Source: Candidatus Omnitrophota bacterium (GTDB taxonomy: Bacteria > Omnitrophota > Gorgyraeia > Gygaellales > JAMWCP01). From it: 47,730 nt of DNA. The translations under genes were made by a program, and so were the position numbers. The notes under the pieces were generated by a model, which saw nothing but the letters and a program-made list of their open reading frames with translations, did no database searches and was not told the origin of the DNA. The first letter of the stretch is position 1. Each line of letters opens with the position of its first letter. Below are positions 1-9,447 of this stretch, piece after piece. Location of the stretch: positions 1 to 47,730 of the forward strand of contig JAMWCN010000001.1 in the NCBI GenBank assembly GCA_023819505.1, written 5' to 3'.

Positions 1-1414
1 TCTTTAAAAATTCTATAGTTAAACTCGCAATAAAAGTTGCTAACATAACCTTTAAAAAAGAGTTCTTAATTTTAAATCTATCCAATCTACCGATACGCTT
101 CTCTAAAATATAGAAAAGGAGGAAAAAATTTAAACTGGAGGAGATACTACTTGCTAAAGCAAGACCCCCTACCTGTAGAGGCCACATAAGAAGGATATTT
201 AAGATAAGATTTGAAATTAAACACAGACCAGCAACTTTTACCGGTGTTTTTGTATCCTGTAAAGCATAAAAAACTGAAGAGATTAATTTAGTTCCACTGT
301 AAGAGGTAAGTCCAAAACTATAAAAAATTAATGCCCAGGAGGTAATTGCGGTAGAGAGAGAATTAAAATTTCCTCTTTGGAAGAGAACTCTAACTAAGGG
401 TTCTGCCAATAAAAAAAGGAACAAACTAAAAGGAAGCATAATTAGAAAGATAAGACACAAAGAAAATGAAACTGTTTCTTTAAGTTTAGCTATATTATCT
501 GAAACTACCTCTTGCGCCATCACAGGCAGAGTAGCAGTAGATAAAGCTATCCCAAAAATAGCTAAGGGAAATTGAATTAAACGATTAGCATAGTAAATTG
601 CTGCCACTGCTCCATAACCCACGATCTGTGAAAAGGAGGCACAGATAGTATCAAAGAAAACATTTAAGTGGTATATGGCTGAACCAAATATCCTCGGTAT
701 AAGCAGGTGGTAAATTTTAGATATCCCAGGATCTCTAAAATTAAAATCAGGAAATCTGAAGCGAAAACCTTTCCTATAAATAGAAGGAACCTGTACTATC
801 AGTTGAAGAAAACCTCCTACTAAAACTCCTACAGCTAAACTTATCACTGGTTCAGAGCTAAAAAAGTAGCGAGAAAAAAAAGCAAAGAAGATAAGGCTAA
901 CATTTAAAAGTGCAGGACCAAAAGCAGGAAGAGCAAATTCTCTAAATGTATTAAGGATCCCCATACCATAGGCAACTAATCCAATAAATATAAGGTAAGG
1001 GAACATAAGCTGAGTAAGAAAAATAGTTAAATTTAATTTATGGGCATCCTTTATAAAACCAGGAGCAATCAGTCTTACTATCCAACCTGAAGAAGCTATC
1101 CCTAAAATAGCAACTAAACTTAAAAAGAGAAGTAATATATTGAAAGTTATATTTACTAATTTAAATAATTGTTTTCTATCCTTCAGTAGATATTCTGAAA
1201 ATACAGGTACAAAACTAGCATTAGCTGCTCCCTCCCCAAGGAGTTCACGTATAAGGTTGGGGATACGAAAAGCAACTACAAAAGCTTCTATAGAGGATCC
1301 CGTACCGAAAAGATGTGCAATTAAGATATCCCTGAAAAAACCTAAGAGGCGAGAAAGAAAGGTAAAACCCCCGATTATTCCTGTGGAGCGGATTATAGAT
1401 TTGTCTGTTGACAC
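1..1414 (-). CDS. murJ: lipid II flippase MurJ/MviN (C-terminal part cut by window edge)
   Basis: Absent from the ORF track because it has no stop in the window. Reverse complement from 1414 reads (GTG)STDKSIIRSTGIIGGFTFLSRLLGFFRDILIAHLFGTGSSIEAFVVAFRIPNLIRELLGEGAANASFVPVFSEYL..., then ...YYANRLIQFPLAIFGIALSTATLP...FQRGNF...VFYALQDTKTPVK. I translated the frame and it stays open to position 2. An in-frame TAA lies 15 nt upstream of the GTG. Confidence 0.88.
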   Translation of the reverse strand, partial: MSTDKSIIRSTGIIGGFTFLSRLLGFFRDILIAHLFGTGSSIEAFVVAFRIPNLIRELLGEGAANASFVPVFSEYLLKDRKQLFKLVNITFNILLLFLSLVAILGIASSGWIVRLIAPGFIKDAHKLNLTIFLTQLMFPYLIFIGLVAYGMGILNTFREFALPAFGPALLNVSLIFFAFFSRYFFSSEPVISLAVGVLVGGFLQLIVQVPSIYRKGFRFRFPDFNFRDPGISKIYHLLIPRIFGSAIYHLNVFFDTICASFSQIVGYGAVAAIYYANRLIQFPLAIFGIALSTATLPVMAQEVVSDNIAKLKETVSFSLCLIFLIMLPFSLFLFLLAEPLVRVLFQRGNFNSLSTAITSWALIFYSFGLTSYSGTKLISSVFYALQDTKTPVKVAGLCLISNLILNILLMWPLQVGGLALASSISSSLNFFLLFYILEKRIGRLDRFKIKNSFLKVMLATFIASLTIEFLK

Positions 1415-1436
1415 AACAGTCCCCTTATGTTATATT
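1408..1436 (+). promoter_or_regulatory. sigma70-like promoter for rpsT (TTGACA-17-TATATT with TGn extension)
   Basis: ttgaca at 1408..1413, 17-nt spacer, tatatt at 1431..1436 preceded by tgt. It overlaps the murJ GTG start on the other strand, about 30 nt upstream of the rpsT ATG. Confidence 0.5.
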
Positions 1437-1466
1437 AAGCCGAAAATTAAAAAGGAGGAAGAACTT

Positions 1467-1751
1467 ATGGTTCATCGGCACAGTGCCTTGAAGAGTTTAA
1501 AGCAATCTAAAAAAAGATACCTTGCTAATCTTAAAGTAAAAGAAAAAATTAAAAATGCAATTAAGATATTTAAAAATTTATTAAAGGAGAAAAAAATCGC
1601 AGAAGCAAAAAATCAACTAGATAGAATCTACTCTTTACTAGATAAAGCGGCTAAGAAAAAAATAATCCATCCTAATAAAGCAAGCAGAAAAAAAAGTCGT
1701 TTTACAAAACTCCTTTTAAAAACGACACAGGAAAAACAGAAGTCTCTCTAA
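1467..1751 (+). CDS. rpsT: 30S ribosomal protein S20
   Basis: Internal ATG of track ORF 1140..1751, preceded by AAGGAGG (1452..1458). Product MVHRHSALKSLKQSKKRYLANLKVKEKIK...LDKAAKKKIIHPNKASRKKSR is S20-like. The upstream part of the track ORF overlaps murJ antisense. Confidence 0.9.
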   Translation: MVHRHSALKSLKQSKKRYLANLKVKEKIKNAIKIFKNLLKEKKIAEAKNQLDRIYSLLDKAAKKKIIHPNKASRKKSRFTKLLLKTTQEKQKSL

Positions 1752-2366
1752 AGCAAAAATGGGATCTAATCTGCCCGTCTTTATAGAAAGGTCACAATCT
1801 AACAGCAGAGAAAACCTTTTTATTTTTTCCCGATAATTTAAAGGCTCCAGTTGCCAACAGTAACGCAAACCTCCCATAATAATCTCTGGCTCTATCCCTT
1901 CGGAGAGTAAATTATGCAGTACCTTCAAAGAATTAGTTAAATTTTTCTTATCTATTTCTTTCGCCAGTTTAAACGTACTTTGGTTTTCTTTCTGATAGAA
2001 GTAGATTTTCTTTGCGTATCTTTTAATATAATTTATAAAATTATCCTTTTTATCTTCCCTCTCTATATATAAGACGAAATCTATATTGGGATTCTGCTTC
2101 TTAATATATTTACAGAGAAAATTTCTTAAAGGTTCTTTTAAACGGTCTGCTTCTTTTATAAGGATGAGTCTTTTTTTTGCCTTAAAAGGGATCCTTAAGA
2201 TTTCCTCCTGAAGTCTGGTTAGTTCCAATTCATGAGCAGAGAAAATTTCAAAATTGAAATCTTCCCATCTTTTCTCAAAGAGAGAGGATTTTAATTTTTC
2301 TAATTTAATTGTTTTGGAAAAGTAATCCTCACCTATAAATAGATAAAACATCTTACCAATTTTCAA
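1716..2366 (-). CDS. holA: DNA polymerase III delta subunit (HolA)-like, short form (216 aa)
   Basis: N-terminus ...FYLFIGEDYF..., LILIKEADRLKEP, and conserved lptE-holA synteny. The 3' end overlaps the rpsT 3' end by 36 nt (convergent). Confidence 0.6.
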   Translation of the reverse strand: MKIGKMFYLFIGEDYFSKTIKLEKLKSSLFEKRWEDFNFEIFSAHELELTRLQEEILRIPFKAKKRLILIKEADRLKEPLRNFLCKYIKKQNPNIDFVLYIEREDKKDNFINYIKRYAKKIYFYQKENQSTFKLAKEIDKKNLTNSLKVLHNLLSEGIEPEIIMGGLRYCWQLEPLNYREKIKRFSLLLDCDLSIKTGRLDPIFALERLLFFLCRF

Positions 2367-2883
2367 CTATATACTCTACAATCCGACGGGAGACATCGTC
2401 GACTGCTTCTTGGATAGCGGTGGGTTCTGATTTTCTATTTGGACCTAAGACAAAATAAGTAGTATCACCTATAATGGTTGCTTCTTTTAAAATTTTATCA
2501 TCCTTTCTCTCTTTAAGATTAATCTTTACCTCTATACTTATACGGTATTCTTCCACCTCTTCATTATCCAGATACCTTAAGGGATCTCTACGAAAGTCAA
2601 AAAGAACTGCCTCTAAAATCAAATCTGAATCCTCTTTACTCGTAACCCTTAAATTACCATCTCTATTAAAACGCAAGATAACTGCTTCATAGATATCCCT
2701 TTCTAAAAGAGGACGGTAGAGTTTATATCTACGCATTGACTCTGTCTCTTTGGTGATATCGATTTTATTTTCAAAAGGGGCTACATATATAGTTTTATAT
2801 TTTTGAGATATAAATGCTCTTGTTGTATAACCGCACCCTCCTAAAATTAAAAATCCCATTAGATAAAAAATTATCTTTCGCAT
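2353..2883 (-). CDS. lptE: LPS-assembly lipoprotein LptE-like
   Basis: Signal peptide with lipobox ILGGC followed by GY, about 176 aa, located immediately upstream of holA as in the E. coli lptE-holA pair. Confidence 0.6.
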   Translation of the reverse strand: MRKIIFYLMGFLILGGCGYTTRAFISQKYKTIYVAPFENKIDITKETESMRRYKLYRPLLERDIYEAVILRFNRDGNLRVTSKEDSDLILEAVLFDFRRDPLRYLDNEEVEEYRISIEVKINLKERKDDKILKEATIIGDTTYFVLGPNRKSEPTAIQEAVDDVSRRIVEYIVENW

Positions 2884-2891
2884 TTTAAAAA

Positions 2892-3836
2892 TTATTTAGC
2901 CTTTTTCTTCTCCAATGCCTGAAGTCTCTCTAATGACTTTGCTGCCCAGATACTTTTGGGATAATTTTCAATCACGAAATTATAATATAATTTTGCAGAA
3001 TCGTACACTTTTTGTTTTTCATAAAAAAACCCAATATCAAAATTACTCTTTGCTTCCCTCTCTTTTAGGGATTGGATATTTTCCTCTGCCTCTTTAGAGA
3101 GACTTGCCTCAGGATGTTCTTTTAAAAATTCCTCAAAGATCTCCTTGGCTTCCGATGTCCTCTGCTGATCGTAATCAGGACTCCTGGAAAGGGAAGCTTT
3201 ACAACTAGCAATTTGAAATTTAGCTGCTGAAACCCACTGGCTTTCAGGATAATTATCGATTACTTTTTGAAACTCCTCCTCCGCTTCAAAAAAACGTCCT
3301 AAACTCTTAAGAACTAAACCCAATTTATATTGTGCTTCATCTGCTAAAGGACCAAAAGTAGAATTTTCCACAACTTTGCGGAATATCTCAATACTGGGAT
3401 GTTCCATTAAAGTAGATTTTGCCCAACTTATCTTTGCCTTTCCTTCCATAAAAGCTTGCCCAATCTTATATTGACGTTCGATGATCTCTTGAATTCTTTC
3501 TGAAAAAGGATACTTATCTATTACTTTCTGATATTCTAAGAATGCTTCGTATAGATGATTTAACTTCTCTTCAATTAAACCTAAATAGTACTGAGCTTCT
3601 GCTGCCTCTTTAGATTTGGGAAAGTACTTTATGAGTTTTTTAAATTCTTGGTTTGCTTCCTTTAATTTATTTTCTTGATATAATGTTAAAGAAAAATCTA
3701 ACTGTTCTTTAGGCGTAGGTTTTACTAGATACTTTGGGTTTACCCATCTTTTTGTCTTAGGAGTCCATATCCAGTAAGGATATCCAGAGGAAATAGAAAA
3801 AAATAAAATTAATAATATAAAAAATAACTTCTTCAT
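2892..3836 (-). CDS. TPR-repeat outer-membrane assembly factor, BamD/YfiO-like
   Basis: N-terminal signal sequence. Repeated TPR-like units (EAQYYLGL..., EAQYKLGLVL..., SAAKFQIASC, AKLYYNFVIENYPKS). No clear lipobox Cys. Confidence 0.5.
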   Translation of the reverse strand: MKKLFFILLILFFSISSGYPYWIWTPKTKRWVNPKYLVKPTPKEQLDFSLTLYQENKLKEANQEFKKLIKYFPKSKEAAEAQYYLGLIEEKLNHLYEAFLEYQKVIDKYPFSERIQEIIERQYKIGQAFMEGKAKISWAKSTLMEHPSIEIFRKVVENSTFGPLADEAQYKLGLVLKSLGRFFEAEEEFQKVIDNYPESQWVSAAKFQIASCKASLSRSPDYDQQRTSEAKEIFEEFLKEHPEASLSKEAEENIQSLKEREAKSNFDIGFFYEKQKVYDSAKLYYNFVIENYPKSIWAAKSLERLQALEKKKAK

Positions 3837-3845
3837 TTTTATGTT

Positions 3846-3874
3846 AATTTAACATAGCTAATTTACTTTGTCAA
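3846..3874 (-). promoter_or_regulatory. promoter for the bamD-like/lptE/holA unit (TTGACA-17-TAAATT, TGn extended)
   Basis: Minus strand reads tttgaca aagtaaattagctatgt taaatt aacataaaa ATG. Only 9 nt separate the -10 from the ATG and there is no Shine-Dalgarno. Confidence 0.45.
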
Positions 3875-3900
3875 ATAAATAAAATTATTTAAAAATTTTC

Positions 3901-3928
3901 TTGACTAACAAAATTTTTAATGTATATT
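3901..3928 (+). promoter_or_regulatory. promoter for csp (TTGACT-16-TATATT)
   Basis: ttgact at 3901..3906, 16-nt spacer, tatatt at 3923..3928. Divergent from the bamD promoter. Confidence 0.5.
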
Positions 3929-3966
3929 TAAAAGGAAAGGAAGAAGGCAAGATCATCAGGTATTTT

Positions 3967-4015
3967 ACCGCAAGGTAAGAAACGATGATTTTACCTTTGC
4001 GGTTTTTTTATTTTA
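3967..4015 (+). promoter_or_regulatory. terminator-like hairpin plus U-tract inside the csp 5' leader
   Basis: accgcaaggtaa (3967..3978) pairs with ttacctttgcggt (3991..4003). This gives 12 bp with one bulged U and a 12-nt loop, followed by ttttttatttta. It lies between the promoter and the SD (GGAAGGAGG 4019..4027). Confidence 0.5.
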
Positions 4016-4039
4016 TAGAGGAAGGAGGTGAAAAAAGTA

Positions 4040-4240
4040 ATGCGTGGTAAGGTAAAGTGGTTCAGTAATCAAAAAGGTTATGGTTTTATCACTACCGAAG
4101 ATGGCAAAGATATCTTCGTGCATCATACTGCCATTTTAGGAGAAGGTTATAAAACCTTAAATGAGGGTGAAATGGTAGAATTCGATATCACTACCGGTCC
4201 TAAAGGACAACAAGCTGCAAATGTAAAGAAACTGCGCTAA
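4040..4240 (+). CDS. cspA: cold-shock protein, CspA family
   Basis: [29 protein letters not shown] carries RNP1 (KGYGFI) and RNP2 (IFVHH). The ATG at 4040 is preferred over the track GTG at 4028, which abuts the SD. Confidence 0.93.
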   Translation: MRGKVKWFSNQKGYGFITTEDGKDIFVHHTAILGEGYKTLNEGEMVEFDITTGPKGQQAANVKKLR

Positions 4241-4241
4241 A

Positions 4242-4260
4242 CCTTCATTATTTTTGAAGG
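4242..4260. terminator. weak hairpin between the convergent csp and V-ATPase D ends
   Basis: ccttca (4242..4247), 7-nt loop ttatttt, tgaagg (4255..4260). It overlaps the atpD stop codon. The stem is only 6 bp. Confidence 0.25.
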
Positions 4261-4862
4261 ATCTCCTTTATCCGCATCAGACGTAGCAGGGAAGCACGTT
4301 CCAACTCCGTAAGCTTCTCTCCAATATAACGGATCGTCTGAATAATTGAAGGGATAAGTATATAGTTGAGGGCATTTACCCTCCGACGGCAGGATTCTAT
4401 CTCTTTAGCTAATATCTGAACTGTTTTTACCTGTTGTACTAAAAGGAAAAGCTGCGGAAGAATCTCTACCAATCTTTTTATCCCTAACTCTATATCTAAA
4501 GAAACTTTTAAGGAGAGAGGATAAACAAAAGAGGGTATCTCTAATTTAAGAGAAGGGATTTTTATATTCATAAAGCTTTGCTCTGTAGCTTTAAAAAAGA
4601 GAGGTATTTTAAATTCTTTTAGATAAGAAATAAGATCAGATCTTTTGGTAAAGATACGACCAATAAATAAATTCCTAAAGACCAAATTAAGTTCAAAATT
4701 TAACTTCTCTTCCAACTCTAATGTTCGCTTCAAGATATCATTAAACCTAATTAAAAGTTCCTGAAGTTTGTCTTCTAAAAGATGAGCTCCTCTTTGAGCA
4801 TAGATAAGTCTTCTTCTTAATTTCAAGATTTCCATACGGTTAGGGTTTACCGCTAATCTCAT
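4248..4862 (-). CDS. atpD: V/A-type ATPase subunit D
   Basis: [36 protein letters not shown] is a typical subunit D N-terminus. The start is moved to the internal ATG at 4862, which forms an ATGA overlap with the subunit B stop. The track start at 4946 would overlap B by 88 nt. Confidence 0.85.
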   Translation of the reverse strand: MRLAVNPNRMEILKLRRRLIYAQRGAHLLEDKLQELLIRFNDILKRTLELEEKLNFELNLVFRNLFIGRIFTKRSDLISYLKEFKIPLFFKATEQSFMNIKIPSLKLEIPSFVYPLSLKVSLDIELGIKRLVEILPQLFLLVQQVKTVQILAKEIESCRRRVNALNYILIPSIIQTIRYIGEKLTELERASLLRLMRIKEILQK

Positions 4863-6238
4863 CTTTGAAAAACGTAGAATTCTTCTATATACTCTGGTCT
4901 GATCCGCTTCAATTCTTCTTTGGGAAGAATACTTAATAGTTGCCAACCGAGCTGTAAAGTCTTCAATATAGAACGCTCCTCAAATTCACTCTGTCTTACA
5001 AATTCTCTCTCAAAATTCTCACTGAAATCTAGGTAAAGTCTATCTAAATCTGAAAGGGCAGACTCTCCCAAAATTATAGAGAGTTCCTTTGCCTCTTTTC
5101 CTTTAGCATAGCAAGCAAAGAGTTGATTTAAAAGATCCGCATGGTCTTTACGGGTTTTGGCCTCGCCGATACCTTTATCTTTTAATCGGGAAAGACTAGG
5201 TAAAACATCTATAGGTGGATATATTCCTTTTTTATGGAGTTCCCTGGATAAGATAATTTGCCCTTCAGTGATATAACCAGTTAAGTCTGGGATAGGATGG
5301 GTCTTATCATCCTCTGGCATAGTCAATACTGGGATTAAAGTAATAGAACCTTTATTCTCTTTTATCCTTCCTGCCCGCTCATATATAGTAGCTAAATCTG
5401 TATAGAGGTAACCAGGATAACCCCTTCTTCCTGGAACCTCCTTTCTACTCGCTGCTACCTCCCTTAATGCTTCACAGTAAAAAGTCATATCGATAAGAAT
5501 TACTAAAATATGCATCTGGAGTTTAAAAGCGAAATATTCTGCAGTAGTTAAAGCAAGCCTTGGCAAAGAGAGCCTTTCAATAGCCGGTTCATCTGCTAAA
5601 TTTATAAACATAACTGTCCTCTCAATGGCTCCTGTACGGATGAAATCTTGGATAAAAAATTCCGCTTCTTCGAAAGTAATTCCCATACCAGCAAAGATTA
5701 CCGCGAAACGCTCCTTCTCTTCTCCTAATACTTTTGCCTGACGAACGATCTGAGCAGTTAAACGGCTATGGGGTAGACCAGAACAGGAAAATATAGGAAG
5801 TTTTTGACCCCTTACTAAAGGATTCATTCCATCGATAGCAGAGATACCTGTTTGAATAAATTCTGAAGGATAATCTCTGGCAGTAGGATTTATAGGAAGA
5901 CCATTTATATCTAAAATATCCTTAGGAATAATTTGTGGCCCTCCATCACGAGGCATACCCTTTCCGTCAAATATCCTACCTAACATATCTTCAGATACGC
6001 CTAGTTTTTGAGTTTTACCTAAGAAACGCACCCTAGTATTCTGGATATCTAAACCGCGTGTTCCCTCAAATACCTCTACCACCGCTAAATCTTCACTTAC
6101 ATCTAATACCTTTCCTCTACGTATCTCACCTTGAGAAGTTTCTATTTCAACTAGCTCCGCATATTTTACCTCCTGAATCTTCTCTACAAATATAAGAGGA
6201 CCTGAAATATCTGAAACTGTAAAATAATCTTTAAACAT
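4859..6238 (-). CDS. atpB: V/A-type ATPase subunit B
   Basis: 459 aa, non-catalytic B-type sequence (…[14 protein letters not shown]…[22 protein letters not shown]…). Confidence 0.95.
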   Translation of the reverse strand: MFKDYFTVSDISGPLIFVEKIQEVKYAELVEIETSQGEIRRGKVLDVSEDLAVVEVFEGTRGLDIQNTRVRFLGKTQKLGVSEDMLGRIFDGKGMPRDGGPQIIPKDILDINGLPINPTARDYPSEFIQTGISAIDGMNPLVRGQKLPIFSCSGLPHSRLTAQIVRQAKVLGEEKERFAVIFAGMGITFEEAEFFIQDFIRTGAIERTVMFINLADEPAIERLSLPRLALTTAEYFAFKLQMHILVILIDMTFYCEALREVAASRKEVPGRRGYPGYLYTDLATIYERAGRIKENKGSITLIPVLTMPEDDKTHPIPDLTGYITEGQIILSRELHKKGIYPPIDVLPSLSRLKDKGIGEAKTRKDHADLLNQLFACYAKGKEAKELSIILGESALSDLDRLYLDFSENFEREFVRQSEFEERSILKTLQLGWQLLSILPKEELKRIRPEYIEEFYVFQR

Positions 6239-7967
6239 AATCTTCTATCTTTTTTATCAGTTCCTTAAACTTCTCTAATTCTGATTCCTTTATATATTTC
6301 ATATGCGAAATGCTTTCTTTTAAAGAAGGAGAAATTATTTCTTTTAATAAATTACCTTTTTTTATCTTCTTTAAGTAATTCTGATGAAGTAAAATTATAG
6401 ATTTAAGCATAAGGTACTGCTTCTTTAAAGATGTGTAAGTATCTATCTCATCAAAAGCACTCTGATGCAAAAAATCTTCTCTTATGGATTTGGCGGTTTC
6501 TAAAATTAGTTTATCTGTTTCAGAAAGAGCTTCCTCCCCTACTAAGCGTACAATCTCTAAAAGCTCCTGCTCTTCTTCTAATATCCGCATTGCCTGTTGA
6601 GTAAGAATAATAAAATCATCAGCAATATTTTCTCTAAAATAATCTTTTATATTCTCTAAATACAAAGAATAACTTAAAAGCCAGTTTATAGCAGGGAAGT
6701 GTCTGGCATTAGCAAGCTTATCATCTAATGCCCAGAAAACTTTTACCACCCTTAAAGTTGCCTGTACAACTGGATCAGCTAGATCTCCTCCAGGTGGAGA
6801 GACTGCTCCAATGATACTTAAAGAACCTATCCTTTTTTCCTTCCCTAAACAGATTACCTTTCCTGCCCTTTCATAGAACTCTGCGATACGAGAAGATAAA
6901 TTTGTAGGATATCCTTCCTCGCCAGGCATCTCCTGTAGTCTTCCGGAAATCTCCCTTAATGCCTCAGCCCAACGTGAAGTAGAATCTGCCATTAAAGCGA
7001 CAGAATAACCCATATCTCTAAAGTATTCAGCAATAGTTATCCCTGTGTATATGGAAGCTTCCCTTGCTGCTACAGGCATATTAGAAGTATTAGCTACAAT
7101 GATAGTGCGCTCCATCAATGATCTTTGATTACGCGGGTCCTTTAATTTAGGAAAACTTAAAAGCACATCAGCGGTTTCATTCCCTCTTTCACCACAGGCG
7201 ACATAGACAATGATATCTGCATCTGACCATTTGGCTAACTGATGTTGACAGACAGTTTTTCCACTACCAAAGGGTCCGGGGATACAAGCGGTTCCTCCTT
7301 TACAGATGGGAAAGAATGTATCAATTATCCTTTGACCAGTAATTAGAGGGGAATCAGGAATTAACTTCTCTTTAAAAGGACGTTCTTTTCTTACCGGCCA
7401 CCTCTGAAACATCTTCAACTCAATAATTTTGTTATCAGTTTTAAGTTTAGCAATTGTATCTATAATTCTACAATCTGCTTCTTTTATCTCTAAAATTTCT
7501 CCCTTTAAATGAGGAGGAACCATAATTCTATGTATAACTAAATCGGTTTCTTTAACTTCTCCGATGATATCTCCACCTTCTACAAAATCACCATCTTTTA
7601 CTTTAGGGATAAAATGCCAAATCTTCTCTCTATCTAAACTGGGTAGATCCAAGCCTCTCTTTACAAAATCTCCTTGTTTTAAACGGATAATATCCAATGG
7701 TCTTTGAATCCCATCGTAGATAGAGCCGACTAATCCTGGACCTAACTGTAGACTTAAAGGTTCACCTGTAGAATAAATCGGTTCTCCAGGTCCAATACCT
7801 GTGGTCTCCTCATATACCTGGATAAAGGAGTAATCCTGCTTTAAACCTACAATCTCACCGATAAGTTTTTCTTCTGCAACTCTTACCACATCGTACATCC
7901 TCGCATTACTTAATCCCTTCGCTATTACCAAAGGACCACAGACCCTTACGATTTTTGCCTCATCCAT
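6231..7967 (-). CDS. atpA: V/A-type ATPase catalytic subunit A
   Basis: 578 aa. P-loop [23 protein letters not shown]. Contains the non-homologous insert typical of A subunits. Confidence 0.96.
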   Translation of the reverse strand: MDEAKIVRVCGPLVIAKGLSNARMYDVVRVAEEKLIGEIVGLKQDYSFIQVYEETTGIGPGEPIYSTGEPLSLQLGPGLVGSIYDGIQRPLDIIRLKQGDFVKRGLDLPSLDREKIWHFIPKVKDGDFVEGGDIIGEVKETDLVIHRIMVPPHLKGEILEIKEADCRIIDTIAKLKTDNKIIELKMFQRWPVRKERPFKEKLIPDSPLITGQRIIDTFFPICKGGTACIPGPFGSGKTVCQHQLAKWSDADIIVYVACGERGNETADVLLSFPKLKDPRNQRSLMERTIIVANTSNMPVAAREASIYTGITIAEYFRDMGYSVALMADSTSRWAEALREISGRLQEMPGEEGYPTNLSSRIAEFYERAGKVICLGKEKRIGSLSIIGAVSPPGGDLADPVVQATLRVVKVFWALDDKLANARHFPAINWLLSYSLYLENIKDYFRENIADDFIILTQQAMRILEEEQELLEIVRLVGEEALSETDKLILETAKSIREDFLHQSAFDEIDTYTSLKKQYLMLKSIILLHQNYLKKIKKGNLLKEIISPSLKESISHMKYIKESELEKFKELIKKIEDYV

Positions 7968-7969
7968 AT

Positions 7970-8275
7970 TTAGAGCAACTCCTTACCGATTCCTTTTAGA
8001 GAAGCTTTGGATAAAATTCGTTTTATTAAATTTGGCTTCCTTCCATAGATCTGTAAAGGCACAATTATAGGAAAACTTCTTCTGCCGTATAATTCAAAAA
8101 TCTCTTCTTCAACAAAATCCTCTTGAATAAAGATAACTTTATTGTTTTCCTTTATAGCTAAATCTAAAACTTTTTTTAAATCAGCTTTACTATCTATATG
8201 ATAAAAAAAGAAACCAAAAATTTTAAATACCTCAAAGACATCTTCTTTACCAATAAAAGCTACCTTTTCAGACAT
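7970..8275 (-). CDS. atpF: V/A-type ATPase subunit F
   Basis: 101 aa, KVAFIGKEDVFEVFKIFGF...VIFIQEDF pattern. Positioned between C and A. Confidence 0.8.
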   Translation of the reverse strand: MSEKVAFIGKEDVFEVFKIFGFFFYHIDSKADLKKVLDLAIKENNKVIFIQEDFVEEEIFELYGRRSFPIIVPLQIYGRKPNLIKRILSKASLKGIGKELL

Positions 8276-9032
8276 AGGTCTCGATCAATGCCTTGGTTAA
8301 AATTTCCTTATCTAAATAAAATAGTTTACCCAAAAGTATAATCCTTAAAAGGTCAAATTCATTTATTCTGGCTAGATAATAAGAGAAAATGGGTTCGATA
8401 CCAAAGGGGTTGTATTTTTGTATCTTTATAAATTTAATTAGATAACTGCGTATAAGGGTTTCTAAATACAAAAATGTATTTTCTTTTTTATAGTAGGAGA
8501 AACCTTCCTCTATAATTCTGTTATAAGGAGTAGTTTTAAAAATTTTTATAAATTCTGTCTCAGTTCTACCTTCCGATTCTAAAAATATTTTTTTAGGAAT
8601 AAATCCACCATCTAAAAATTCTTTTTCTTTCTTTAAAGAAAAAAACATTCTTATATTGAATAGATCCAGATAACACTTAAAAAAATCTTCTAAAAATTTA
8701 CTCTTTAAAAATGTTACCTTTTTAACCGCCTGTAAAGGATAATCTAAGATCTCCTTTATAAGAAAGAATATTTCCTTTTCAATAAAAAGAGCCTTTGTTA
8801 AATTTTCTAAATCTATTCTCTTACTTTCCAAAAAATCCTCTATATCTTGGGGATTTTCCAATTTAAGTACTTTATCTGTATAGTAACGATTCTTTGCCAA
8901 AAACTCCTTTATTTTATAAAAATCTAAATTGAGAAGCTGTTGAAAATCCTCTCTCTTAAGGAGGGTTGTCTCCAATGCTCTGATTTTACCCACTGCAAAA
9001 GTATAATCAGTTGGTTTAAGTCTCCTTTTCAT
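8268..9032 (-). CDS. atpC: V/A-type ATPase subunit C (d-type), short (254 aa)
   Basis: N-terminus ...YTFAVGKIRALETTLLKREDFQQLL. Operon position between E and F. Confidence 0.7.
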   Translation of the reverse strand: MKRRLKPTDYTFAVGKIRALETTLLKREDFQQLLNLDFYKIKEFLAKNRYYTDKVLKLENPQDIEDFLESKRIDLENLTKALFIEKEIFFLIKEILDYPLQAVKKVTFLKSKFLEDFFKCYLDLFNIRMFFSLKKEKEFLDGGFIPKKIFLESEGRTETEFIKIFKTTPYNRIIEEGFSYYKKENTFLYLETLIRSYLIKFIKIQKYNPFGIEPIFSYYLARINEFDLLRIILLGKLFYLDKEILTKALIETYV

Positions 9033-9444
9033 CTAAAGAGAGAAATATCAGCAAATCCTTTTCAAATTTTTCCTTTAACTCTTTTAAAAAATCATCTCTA
9101 TCTAAAGTTTCCTCTAAAATTTTATCTTTAAAAATTTTTTTTATCTTAGGGATCTTACTATCATCTATTTTATCTAAAAGCTCCCTAAATATATCTTCGA
9201 TTATCTCTCTCTTTGTATCTAAAATAATCATTTTTCTCTCCAGATTTGCTTTGGTAAGTATAAGGTTTATTTCCTCTTTTAATTCTCTTTCTTTTTCTTC
9301 TAAAAGCTCCTGTCTCTTTTGCTGTGCTTTCAGCCTAGATTCCTCCAAAATCTTCTCTTTTTGAATTTTAGCTTCCTCTTTTATCTGCTTAGCTTTCTCT
9401 TCTGCTTCTTTTAGAATAGAATTTATGATTTGATCTATCCCCAT
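9016..9444 (-). CDS. atpE: V/A-type ATPase subunit E (peripheral stalk), short (142 aa)
   Basis: Charged coiled-coil N-terminus IINSILKEAEEKAKQIKEEAK... Position after K. Confidence 0.7.
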   Translation of the reverse strand: MGIDQIINSILKEAEEKAKQIKEEAKIQKEKILEESRLKAQQKRQELLEEKERELKEEINLILTKANLERKMIILDTKREIIEDIFRELLDKIDDSKIPKIKKIFKDKILEETLDRDDFLKELKEKFEKDLLIFLSLDEKET

Positions 9445-9447
9445 ATC

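Noticed and set aside
1140-1466. 5' extension of the track ORF 1140..1751 (TTG start)
   Set aside because: It overlaps murJ on the opposite strand, and the rpsT promoter lies inside it. A strong SD plus ATG at 1467 gives a normal-length S20.
4863-4946. Upstream extension of the V-ATPase D ORF
   Set aside because: It would overlap subunit B by 88 nt. The internal ATG at 4862 gives an ATGA coupling and the canonical subunit D N-terminus.
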